The notes under the pieces are model-generated. The model was not told the DNA's origin and made no database searches. It was given only the letters and a program-made list of their open reading frames with translations. A stretch of DNA of 64,000 nucleotides. It comes from a virus. The position numbers were made by a program, and so were the translations under genes. The DNA lies in the IMG/VR virus record IMGVR_UViG_3300044878_000051, positions 1 through 64,000 of that record. The stretch is one strand, 5' to 3'. Shown one piece after another: positions 28,129 to 36,641 of the stretch; the first letter of the stretch is position 1, and each line of letters begins with the position of its first letter.

Positions 28129-28160
28129 TTCACTTGGGTAATATAGGTCTGAATTCTATT
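28129..28160 (-). promoter_or_regulatory. Early promoter
   Basis: TATATTAC (28145-28138)-N5-TGAA. Confidence 0.85.
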
Positions 28161-28165
28161 TGAAT

Positions 28166-28192
28166 GCGGCATAGCGGGCCCGAAGGCCCACC
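28166..28192 (-). terminator. Hairpin with TATGCCGC tail and no U-tract
   Basis: GTGGGCC-TTCG-GGCCCGC-TATGCCGC. Confidence 0.65.
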
Positions 28193-28193
28193 A

Positions 28194-28640
28194 TTAATAA
28201 AGGATGATGCTCACGGGTAACGGGGTTTCCGTCAAGTGCTTCTCAACCAACGGCTTGAAGTTCTTGAAGTAATCCAATTGACCTTGACCACATCCCAATG
28301 CTGGAATGCCGAGTTCGGTAATCCCTAGCTCTTCGTAACGGGCCACCAAGTCTTCGAAGCCTGCAATCAGGTACTCTTCTTTACTAGGGTTACAGAAGTG
28401 TTCCTTGGTCGGGAACAGCAAGACTTGCTGACAGGAATCTGGAATGGGGTAAACCAGAAGCTTACCCACATCCAGTTGTCCAGTCTTCAGAGCCACCTGA
28501 TAGAACGCAAGAAGGCCAGGGGTCCTGTGTTTAAATGCTGCGGCCAACCCGTTCCCGAGTGTGCCCCAGGTATTGACTGGACAGGCTACAGTTTGCAGCC
28601 CACAAGTAAAGAGGGAACCCTCACCTTCAAATACGATCAT
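28194..28640 (-). CDS. Macrodomain ADP-ribosylhydrolase, DarG/TARG1-like
   Basis: G.LF, PVNT.G.LG.GLA..FK, FPTK.H, PALGCG.G.L motifs. Confidence 0.85.
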   Translation of the reverse strand: MIVFEGEGSLFTCGLQTVACPVNTWGTLGNGLAAAFKHRTPGLLAFYQVALKTGQLDVGKLLVYPIPDSCQQVLLFPTKEHFCNPSKEEYLIAGFEDLVARYEELGITELGIPALGCGQGQLDYFKNFKPLVEKHLTETPLPVSIILY

Positions 28641-29062
28641 TTCTTCGGACCCTGTTTGTTTTGTTCAAGCTGTTTGATCTGCTTCTCCGTAGGGATCAGC
28701 GACCGTGCAGCGTCTTCTGAGCAAATGCGCAAGATGAGACGATGGATCTCACGAGGGAGGTCTAGGAACTCCGTCAATGTGAAACCCCAATTCTTGTGCA
28801 CCTCATTAACATTGAACTGGTAAATAGCGCGATACAGACCACCGTATTCGTGGTAGTCCTCTTTGACGTGTTTACCCACCAAAGCCAACGGGCGATTCTG
28901 CTCCGTAGAGTGATCGTAGATCCCGTAGTCTTCGTCGTACGCTTCCCGCAGCACTAGTTGGGCTGTCATGCTATCCAAGTTACTGGCGTTCTCAAGCAGC
29001 CCTTCTAGCCGTCCTTTCTGACCTATCCGAGACAAACCGAAGCCGGGGAGTGCGGTGTGCAT
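28637..29062 (-). CDS. Conserved protein, likely C-terminal extension of the upstream ORF via -1 frameshift (T4 gp51/gpT-like)
   Basis: WGFTLTEFLDLP motif; frame open back to the T9 run at 29136-29144. Confidence 0.6.
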   Translation of the reverse strand: MHTALPGFGLSRIGQKGRLEGLLENASNLDSMTAQLVLREAYDEDYGIYDHSTEQNRPLALVGKHVKEDYHEYGGLYRAIYQFNVNEVHKNWGFTLTEFLDLPREIHRLILRICSEDAARSLIPTEKQIKQLEQNKQGPKK

Positions 29063-29085
29063 GTCCCCGACTCGTGGGTCGATCT

Positions 29086-30624
29086 CTAGAGGTAAGTTCT
29101 TGTAAGGACTTTGCTGGTGCGTTGGTAGAGAAGGGAAAAAAAAACTCTCGCAACGTCCAGAGGGATGAGGTGAGGGTGACGTTTCTCCGTCTCAGACGCC
29201 TGAGGGAACTGGCAGGCCGGGCAGTTATGCTTCGGCAGGGCAACCAGCGACACGGTGGCGTTGTCGATGAACTTGCCGATTTCTTCGATGAAGCGGTTAC
29301 GAATTTCTTCGTCGCCGGAGAACAGAGCCGCCAGACTTTCGATGGTGTCTCGATCGTCGGAGATCTCGGTGTCCGGCACCAGCACTTCACCCACCCAGTG
29401 ACCATACTGACGCATGGTGGTCAGACGACCTTGGTTGGTGATGTACTCGTCGCGCTCGTTACCCTTCAACGGAACCTGGAACGCGTTCTCCATCATCTGG
29501 ACAATCGAGTCGATCCAACTGAAGCCGGAGTTCTCGTAGTCCTGGATTACAGGAGTGCGCAGGTTCATCGAAACGGTAGGAGTCAGCTCAACCAGCTTCA
29601 CGCCACCACGGATGTGCTCTTCTTCGTAACGCTTGATGTCCTCTGGGGTCATCCGTTGTTTACGCTGAGTCATCCGCTTACGCTGCCACTCGGACAGGGA
29701 ACGGTTGTCGGTGAAGGTGAGCTTGCCGAGATCCAGCAGCTCTTTGATCAAGTGCTGACACGAGCCTTCGACGTTGGCGCAGGCTTGTACGTACGGATAA
29801 CCGTTCGGGTAGATCGCCAGTGCCAGGCCCCACAAGATCGTCGGAATGTCCGTGACCTTGATGATCGACTTGAGGTAGTCGATGTTCAGCTCTTGGGCGT
29901 TGGTGTCGAACACGTACTGGAATGCGAAGTTCAGCAGGTAGCTGATCTGGTAGACCGACGTGTTGGAGAAGATCATGCCGTTGGTCAAACGACCCAGCGT
30001 GGTCTTGTCGTTGGCGATCCGACGTTCCAGTTCCAGGATGGCCGACTCAGGCGGAGTCTTGAAGCTCAGCCAGATACCGGTGTGCCACAGAGGCACTTGA
30101 ACCAGAGAACCCAGGCCAGTAGCCGCAGCCACACGCAGTACAGCACGTTCACCAGTCAGGACCGAACCGCCGTCACCGAACTTAGGACGGGAAGCACCGA
30201 TCTTCTCGCCTTCGAAGTCGACGAACTGTTGCCAGTCAGAACCAACCCGTTCCAACGAGGCCGCCAGTGGGTTGCCACGCAACAGGGTTGCTTGAGCCAG
30301 CTTCAGCTCTTGCGCCCACAGGCGCATCTTGGCATCACCGGAAGCATTGAGGTTCGGGTAGTTGTCGATCAACTCGTTCAAGTCGAAAGCGTCACCACCG
30401 AGCAACGACAGGTGTTCGTTGTCAGCATCGAAGTCGTACTTGGCAACGTCTTTCTCCGGCACCGGTTTCGAGTGCGGGAAGGTCTGCGTGACGTTGGCGT
30501 TGGTACGCTTGGTTTCGAAACCAGTCGGCGGAGTTGGTTCCTCCGGCTTCTGTGCTGGCTTCAGTTCAGGCGCAGGAACTACTTCCTTTTCTACGCCTTC
30601 CTTGTTTTGGTCTTCAGTGGACAT
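29086..30624 (-). CDS. Conserved core protein (phiKZ gp77-like), candidate tail/baseplate assembly chaperone
   Basis: 512 aa, two Cys pairs incl. CPAC, near-terminal VFF encoded by GTT TTT TTT. Confidence 0.6.
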   Translation of the reverse strand: MSTEDQNKEGVEKEVVPAPELKPAQKPEEPTPPTGFETKRTNANVTQTFPHSKPVPEKDVAKYDFDADNEHLSLLGGDAFDLNELIDNYPNLNASGDAKMRLWAQELKLAQATLLRGNPLAASLERVGSDWQQFVDFEGEKIGASRPKFGDGGSVLTGERAVLRVAAATGLGSLVQVPLWHTGIWLSFKTPPESAILELERRIANDKTTLGRLTNGMIFSNTSVYQISYLLNFAFQYVFDTNAQELNIDYLKSIIKVTDIPTILWGLALAIYPNGYPYVQACANVEGSCQHLIKELLDLGKLTFTDNRSLSEWQRKRMTQRKQRMTPEDIKRYEEEHIRGGVKLVELTPTVSMNLRTPVIQDYENSGFSWIDSIVQMMENAFQVPLKGNERDEYITNQGRLTTMRQYGHWVGEVLVPDTEISDDRDTIESLAALFSGDEEIRNRFIEEIGKFIDNATVSLVALPKHNCPACQFPQASETEKRHPHLIPLDVARVFFSLLYQRTSKVLTRTYL

Positions 30625-30633
30625 CTATAACTC

Positions 30634-31113
30634 CTAGATGCTGGCGGCTGGGGCATCAGGCAGCGGCTGGATCTGACCCAGGACTGGCTGTGCGTCTTGT
30701 GAGAAAAACGAGGTGACTTGGAACGCCGACGGAATCACGACCAATTGATATGACGTGATCCAATTGCTGTACTCTTCACCGATGGCCATCAGGTTGGCCA
30801 GTACGTCCGGATCGAGAGTCGGGTCGCCTTTGCGATCTTTCGCGATCTGTTCGTGCTTGACGTGAATAGCAGCGAGCTTGTCACCGTACTCTTTAACGTC
30901 TTTGGCCAACACACGAGCAGCGTCGAGCAGACCTTGTTTGTCGGTCACTGCACGATCAACCAGATCTTGGTTCTTGATCAGCAGCAGCGCATGGGATGGA
31001 CTGGTACGCAGCGCGTGACATTCACGCAGCAGAGTATCCATACTGTTCCACATCTCCATGGAGCGTTGGGTCTGAACCATTTGTGCAACGTTATTGAATT
31101 GACGCTTTGCCAT
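30634..31113 (-). CDS. Hypothetical helical protein
   Basis: Start MAKRQF follows AAGGA. Confidence 0.7.
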   Translation of the reverse strand: MAKRQFNNVAQMVQTQRSMEMWNSMDTLLRECHALRTSPSHALLLIKNQDLVDRAVTDKQGLLDAARVLAKDVKEYGDKLAAIHVKHEQIAKDRKGDPTLDPDVLANLMAIGEEYSNWITSYQLVVIPSAFQVTSFFSQDAQPVLGQIQPLPDAPAASI

Positions 31114-31219
31114 GATTGGGTTCCTTAAAGCCGAAATAGGTGACGTGCCGGGAAATGAGTAAAGAAAGGGCACTTTTCCTATAATGAGAAAGTTGTGTAT
31201 TTATTAACAGGGCGGTACT

Positions 31220-32071
31220 ATGACTATTGATGAACTGGAGAAATACCTCCTACAGCGGGTCTCCCCCGAAGCAACAGAGTTAATGGTTGATACCGCTCGA
31301 GTGTTGTGTGAGTCAGGACTCACCAGTCACTTAGACGATCTCGACGACATGATTGCCTCTGAAGATCAGATCGGTCGTGACATCACCATGTACCAAATGC
31401 GTCAGTATCTGACGTCCACGTTGGAAGCGTGTGTTAACCAATTCGGGATCGAGTTGTTGGAAGACGCTGAGATCAACTTGCGACACCTGACTGGGTTGCA
31501 ACGTGGTATCAACATGATCACCAACTACGAAGACGTAGAGACTATCGAAGCTCTGTGTCTGGCCGAGACTGATCCTGAACAGCGCCTCATTGACATACTG
31601 GAGTTGCTGACCGAATATACATGGGCTGACTACAGCCTGTTGATTGACACGGTGAGTACTTCCCTCTTCGATCGTATTCTGGAACAGTTGGTCAAGCCTG
31701 ATCAGTTGGAAGAGTCGACGCACATCGGTAACGCTGTACTGATCCGGGTTAAGTCGTTGATTCGTCAAGTAGAGTCACCGTGGTTGCTCGATGAGATCCA
31801 AGACGGGTGCGAGTTGGGGTTGCCGGTTGCCGCAATGGTAGAGCGCTTCAAGACCCGTTACGACAGCGTACTGACGGTCTCCAATGAACTGCACCGCAAG
31901 CCACAGTTGCTGGCTGAGCAATTCCTTCTTTATATACTCGCTTCGAGTTGTCCTGACGCCGAACTGTTGGCTACAGCCCAAGATCAATTGGAAGCTGTGG
32001 TGATGCACGTTCCTACGTTGTCGGCTGCCTCCAAGTGTATCCAACAACTGTTGAGTCAGGTGACGCAATGA
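31220..32071 (+). CDS. Conserved hypothetical protein (phiKZ gp79-like)
   Basis: 283 aa acidic helical ORF coupled to the vRNAP gene. Confidence 0.6.
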   Translation: MTIDELEKYLLQRVSPEATELMVDTARVLCESGLTSHLDDLDDMIASEDQIGRDITMYQMRQYLTSTLEACVNQFGIELLEDAEINLRHLTGLQRGINMITNYEDVETIEALCLAETDPEQRLIDILELLTEYTWADYSLLIDTVSTSLFDRILEQLVKPDQLEESTHIGNAVLIRVKSLIRQVESPWLLDEIQDGCELGLPVAAMVERFKTRYDSVLTVSNELHRKPQLLAEQFLLYILASSCPDAELLATAQDQLEAVVMHVPTLSAASKCIQQLLSQVTQ

Positions 32072-33381
32072 AAACTGCTGACTACTACTTGATGGCCCTG
32101 AACGGTGGCGCTTATAAAAAGAAGCGTTGGGTTCTGTCCATCTTCAGTGTGCTGATCGACTCCAAGCCTCAGGGCTGGCCGTTCGAGATCGTGCGGACTG
32201 AAAAGAACGTATTCTTCCGTGACCCTACGGACTTGAACGTTCTGATCTCCCTTGACGACGCTGACGTGAATAAGCCAGTCTTGAGTTTCAAAGACAAGAT
32301 CGCGGTAACGCCTGAACAGGTTCTGAACCTCGACAAGCCGATCACGACCACCGCAGGCAACCTGCTCTTCAACTACTACGCATTGATCTACGCGTTGGGC
32401 AAGAAGATTCCGTACATGGAAGGGCGTATCACTGCGACTCAAGTGGAAAAGATCATCGAGCCTCGGTTGACGTCTAACCCGGTGGACAATGGGGCGAACT
32501 ATGACCCTAATGATCTGAACCCAATCTACGTGAGCGAGTACAAGAAGTTCAACAAAGCCATGTTCGGCTTGATGGGCTTCACACAACTGTGTGTACCGTC
32601 CGCTACGCCACGTACGATGTCAACCGACCCACGTATCCCCGAGTTGCGTAATCGGCTCGTAGAGAAGCACAAGGACCGTCTGAACGACCCTGCCATCATC
32701 TCCATGATCGACCAAGAGTTGATCAAGATGGACAAAGAGTGGATGGCTAACGATCCTGACGGCGGCGCCGGCTTCTATGTGAACGAAGCCAAGTCTTACG
32801 ACGTTGTGCGTAAGAAAGTGTTCCTGATGCACGGTGCTGAGTCGGGCTTTAAAGACGGCACTGATGTGGACTTCATCAAGAACTCCTTGAACGAAGGTTG
32901 GGACATCGAGAAACTCCCGAGCATGGTTAACTCCTTGCGGGAAGGTTCTTACAACCGTGGTCGAGACACGGCACTCGGTGGTGAGGCTGTGAAGTTCTTG
33001 GGTCGAGTGTTCCAGAACACTGTGATCGCTGAGAAGGACTGTGGGTCTACTCTCGGGTGGATGAAAGACTTTACCGAGGCCAACTACCAGAAGTTCGTCG
33101 GCTTCTACCGAATCACTCCACAAGGCCCTGTGTTGATGGATGAGGCTTACACTAAGTCTCAGATCGGTAAACAAGTTCACGTTCGTTCACCAATGTTGTG
33201 TAGGACTCCAAAAACAGCGTTCTGCGAATGCTGTATGGGTGCCAAGAACGCATTGAATCCAACCTCGTTGGGTCTGATGGCGGCTGACGTAGGATCGCAG
33301 ATCATGGGTATCTTCATGGGTGCGATGCACGGTAAGTCCCTGAAGACTGAACGGTACGATTTCAAGAAGGCTATCTTCTAA
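32068..33381 (+). CDS. Virion RNA polymerase beta' C-terminal subunit (phiKZ gp80-like)
   Basis: REGSYNRGRDTALGGE bridge helix, EKDCG, RSPMLC....FCECCMG zinc site, AMHG trigger loop. Confidence 0.9.
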   Translation: MKTADYYLMALNGGAYKKKRWVLSIFSVLIDSKPQGWPFEIVRTEKNVFFRDPTDLNVLISLDDADVNKPVLSFKDKIAVTPEQVLNLDKPITTTAGNLLFNYYALIYALGKKIPYMEGRITATQVEKIIEPRLTSNPVDNGANYDPNDLNPIYVSEYKKFNKAMFGLMGFTQLCVPSATPRTMSTDPRIPELRNRLVEKHKDRLNDPAIISMIDQELIKMDKEWMANDPDGGAGFYVNEAKSYDVVRKKVFLMHGAESGFKDGTDVDFIKNSLNEGWDIEKLPSMVNSLREGSYNRGRDTALGGEAVKFLGRVFQNTVIAEKDCGSTLGWMKDFTEANYQKFVGFYRITPQGPVLMDEAYTKSQIGKQVHVRSPMLCRTPKTAFCECCMGAKNALNPTSLGLMAADVGSQIMGIFMGAMHGKSLKTERYDFKKAIF

Positions 33382-33402
33382 TCACTGTAAGGAATGCTAC
33401 AC

Positions 33403-34323
33403 ATGGCTAAGCAACAAAAGACTCAGGCGGCTCCACAACAAGCGCCGAAAGATCCTGCTCTGGAACAAGAGCAACTTGACCAAGCCAACCTCGAAGAAGG
33501 TGCAACCGATGAGAATGAGTCGGGGAATGAATCTGCTGGCGTTGATGCTCCGACGGGCGACAGCACCGGGGGCGAAGGTTCGGAAGAGGGCGAAGCGGAC
33601 GCTGGAGCTGGATCGGATTCCGAGTCATCCGACACAAGCCTGGAGCAAGGTACTGGTGAAGCAGCCGATACCTCCGAAGCAGACCAACTGGCAGCAGCAC
33701 TGGCGGCGGCAGCTTCCGCGTCACAACAACCGCCGGTACCGGTAAACGACGCTCCTGCTCCGGTGGAGCCCGTAGCCCCGGTCGAGCCAGAAGGTTCCGA
33801 CATCCCTGACGCCGAACCCGTTGCTGCTCCGAGCGAGCGTGCACCTTCGGTTTCCGTTCAACGCAATGTCCCAGTGAGCGTCAATGTGAAAGAGCAACAA
33901 GCCTCCATCAAGTTCCAACTGATCATCGACCGCCTGTCCGAGTTCGCCAAGGCCATGGCCCCGAACGCCCCGATCAACGAAACCGACGGCAAGGCCCAGC
34001 AACTGGCCCTGTGGAAAGTGATCGACCAGGTCCTGAAACTGGAAGGCGCCGAGTTCATCCGTGGCTTCAGCCTGCTGCTGGACTTCATCGCTGAACACCG
34101 CACCGCCCACTTCAGCGAGAAATACGCTTACCGTTTCTTCGGTCCTCTGAACCTGAGTGCCGGCGACAAGCGTAACTTCAACCGCCTGCTCAACCTGTTC
34201 ATCGCCACTGCCGACCGCGCAACTCGTCGCATGGGCCTGGAACAAGTTGGTCTGGAAGCAAGCGTAGCTGGTATCCGCGACACCGCTGTTCAACAGCGCA
34301 TCGTTGAGTTCTACCAGATCTAA
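33403..34323 (+). CDS. Protein with long acidic disordered N-terminus and helical C-domain
   Basis: E/S/A/P-rich first ~150 aa; biased codons in C-half. Confidence 0.75.
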   Translation: MAKQQKTQAAPQQAPKDPALEQEQLDQANLEEGATDENESGNESAGVDAPTGDSTGGEGSEEGEADAGAGSDSESSDTSLEQGTGEAADTSEADQLAAALAAAASASQQPPVPVNDAPAPVEPVAPVEPEGSDIPDAEPVAAPSERAPSVSVQRNVPVSVNVKEQQASIKFQLIIDRLSEFAKAMAPNAPINETDGKAQQLALWKVIDQVLKLEGAEFIRGFSLLLDFIAEHRTAHFSEKYAYRFFGPLNLSAGDKRNFNRLLNLFIATADRATRRMGLEQVGLEASVAGIRDTAVQQRIVEFYQI

Positions 34324-34378
34324 GCGGCATAAAGCCAAAAAAAAAAGCAGGGGTGCGAGCCCCTGCTTTTATGCCGTC
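34324..34378. terminator. Bidirectional terminator, TATGCC tails
   Basis: AAAAGCAGGGG/CCCCTGCTTTT stem. Confidence 0.9.
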
Positions 34379-34380
34379 TG

Positions 34381-34995
34381 TTAATGGAAGGTGAAGTCCA
34401 TCTTAGGACGACCGGTTACTTGCTTGACGCGTCTAGTCACGGCGATGACTTCCTCCAGACTTAGTTGCAGGCGACGGCACAGTTCAGGTGCCATTACCCC
34501 GGAGACGTTTGGTGGGTAATGCATTTCCAACTGTCCGATCAGTACCGAAAGGTAGAACGGTTTGAAGTCGTAAGGCTTGATCCTAGCGGCTGCATCATCG
34601 GTCTTGAAGCTCTTCTGATAGAAGCCTACGTCGATCTGGTAGAACGTTTCAGCCATCAGGAAAGCGCCGATCAGCGAACCGAACAGCTTCAGCACTTCAT
34701 GGACAAACTGTTCACCCATGGAGCGATGAGCCAGCGCCATACCTTTCATGACCTGCTCACGTAGAGCTTGGTCGGAGATCTGATCCACAGTCGTACTGTA
34801 GACGTTATGTTTGCCATCAGTGAGTACCCAACGTGGGGACAACATGGCTTTGGTGTAGCGGCTTTCGCACACACCCATAATCACCTCACGGTAATTCACC
34901 AGATGAAACGGTGTATTGACAATGAAGTCCACGGGGAAGTCGAAGAACTGTTCAACTGCGACGCGAGGGGAGTTCTGGAAATAACGACTTGGCAT
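34381..34995 (-). CDS. Hypothetical protein
   Basis: 204 aa ORF. Confidence 0.7.
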   Translation of the reverse strand: MPSRYFQNSPRVAVEQFFDFPVDFIVNTPFHLVNYREVIMGVCESRYTKAMLSPRWVLTDGKHNVYSTTVDQISDQALREQVMKGMALAHRSMGEQFVHEVLKLFGSLIGAFLMAETFYQIDVGFYQKSFKTDDAAARIKPYDFKPFYLSVLIGQLEMHYPPNVSGVMAPELCRRLQLSLEEVIAVTRRVKQVTGRPKMDFTFH

Positions 34996-35013
34996 ACTGG
35001 ACCTTACTTAAGG

Positions 35014-35045
35014 CTGGCATAAAAAGTGGGGCCTTGCGACCCCAC
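35014..35045 (-). terminator. Terminator with TTTTTATGCC tail
   Basis: GTGGGG/CCCCAC stem. Confidence 0.85.
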
Positions 35046-35049
35046 GAGA

Positions 35050-36621
35050 TTAAATTACATAATCGGTTGTCAAGTACTTGTGACCCACGACCCTACCCGC
35101 AAAGTTCTCGACCTTGCGTTCGTGATACTCGATATGCTTGTCGATGTCGATACACACGAAGTAGTAGAAGGTTGGCTTAGCATCGGGCCAAATCTTAATG
35201 ATCGTGTCACGTAGACGCCCCATCGCTTGCAAGTTACCTTGTTTGGAACCCAAGGCATCTGTCATCAACACATGAAGCAACTTAGGGATGTCCTGAGCTG
35301 TCCCGAGGGATTTCAGTGTCGACACGATGAGATCTGCTTCGAGCATTTCGTCGAAGTCGTCATCTGCCGTATACCGCATCACAGTGATGTCACTGTTCCG
35401 TGGTTTCAGGTAGTTCGTGACAATGGTGCACATCTCAACCGTAGCACAATAGATCAACAGCTTTTGGTCATCCACACGAATCTTGCGAAAGTTGTGGGTA
35501 ACGAAATCGGAGATCATCTCAAGGTAAGCCTTGAGGCACTGCTTGTTCTTCATCAACGATTGCTCGAAGATGACGTGACTGTACGACTTACGCGCCTTGT
35601 TGATCCACTTAAGGACGTTGTGGTGCCTGAGCCGGTACTGCAATGCTTCTACTGCGGTGAAGATCACACGCTCACCGTTGTCAATCCGTTCGTCTCGCGG
35701 GAACATGATTGCCGTACGGTTAATCAAGAACTCGTCGTCACCTTCCAATGTACCGGAGAGTGAGATGGTCTTGTGAACGTGCGTGTACAAGTCTTGCCGA
35801 TAGTTGAGGTGGATGTCCTGGTGGACTTCGTCAATCAACCGAATCCCAATCCCACACGTTTGGTAGAAGTTGGGAGGAGTGCAACCGTACCCGAGCTGTA
35901 ACAAGCCGTCTTTAAACTTCTCGTAGTCCTTCAGGTAGTTGAAGTACGTCATGTTCGAACAGATGATGATCTTGGCTGTCAACTCGCCTGCAATTGCAAG
36001 CTGCGTCACGAGTGCCAGTTGTGCTGACCCCCGAACAACCATGATGTCACCTTTCTTACACTTGAACGCTGCCTCAATGTCGCCAATCCACTTTTCAATG
36101 TACATGGCCTTGATGCAGATGAAAACCCGACGCCCAATAGCTGCGATACCACTCAGCGCCATGAATGTCTTACCGCGACCGGGGTCTACGGTGAGGATCT
36201 TCGTCTTACCCGGAGCAATCAGGTAAGCGATCTTTTCAACTTGGTCATCTCGCGGTGTACGCTTGTCGATTACTTCGAAGTTAACTTCAACCCCGAGGTT
36301 CTCAGGCAAGTGCTCGTACACAATGGCGCTCTCATGAACGCCCCACATTTTCAAGCACCGAAGTAACGCGTCCAGTTCATTCCGATGGAAGTGAAAGTCT
36401 GTACGGTCATTCGTAACGCCCACAAAGACCCGCAGCATGGCTTTTCTGAAACGACCATCAGGCCCCTTCTCAAAGCCGTACTGAGCCAGTGACTTACAGA
36501 AGTCAAGCAACGCAGCTTTAACCCGAGGGGTGAACTGCGTTGCTCTTACGTGGTGACTGGCTACTCTAAGAGTCAGTTCTGGTGCTCTAGCGGTAGGCGG
36601 ATTCTGGACTTCACTAGACAC
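35050..36621 (-). CDS. SF2 (UvsW-like) helicase (phiKZ gp75-like)
   Basis: PGRGKT, DEVH, SGT, QAMGRLR motifs. Confidence 0.92.
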   Translation of the reverse strand: MSSEVQNPPTARAPELTLRVASHHVRATQFTPRVKAALLDFCKSLAQYGFEKGPDGRFRKAMLRVFVGVTNDRTDFHFHRNELDALLRCLKMWGVHESAIVYEHLPENLGVEVNFEVIDKRTPRDDQVEKIAYLIAPGKTKILTVDPGRGKTFMALSGIAAIGRRVFICIKAMYIEKWIGDIEAAFKCKKGDIMVVRGSAQLALVTQLAIAGELTAKIIICSNMTYFNYLKDYEKFKDGLLQLGYGCTPPNFYQTCGIGIRLIDEVHQDIHLNYRQDLYTHVHKTISLSGTLEGDDEFLINRTAIMFPRDERIDNGERVIFTAVEALQYRLRHHNVLKWINKARKSYSHVIFEQSLMKNKQCLKAYLEMISDFVTHNFRKIRVDDQKLLIYCATVEMCTIVTNYLKPRNSDITVMRYTADDDFDEMLEADLIVSTLKSLGTAQDIPKLLHVLMTDALGSKQGNLQAMGRLRDTIIKIWPDAKPTFYYFVCIDIDKHIEYHERKVENFAGRVVGHKYLTTDYVI

Positions 36622-36641
36622 AGACCTACCTCCTTACTCCA

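Noticed and set aside
28992-29405. 137-aa ORF as the frameshift product
   Set aside because: It is the +1 frame, is low quality and stops at 28992; the -1 frame is the one joining the conserved ORF.
31175-31205. Possible middle promoters (AAA-N-TAC; also near 46660, 55015, 58835, 59635)
   Set aside because: Motif too short and degenerate to support without TSS data.
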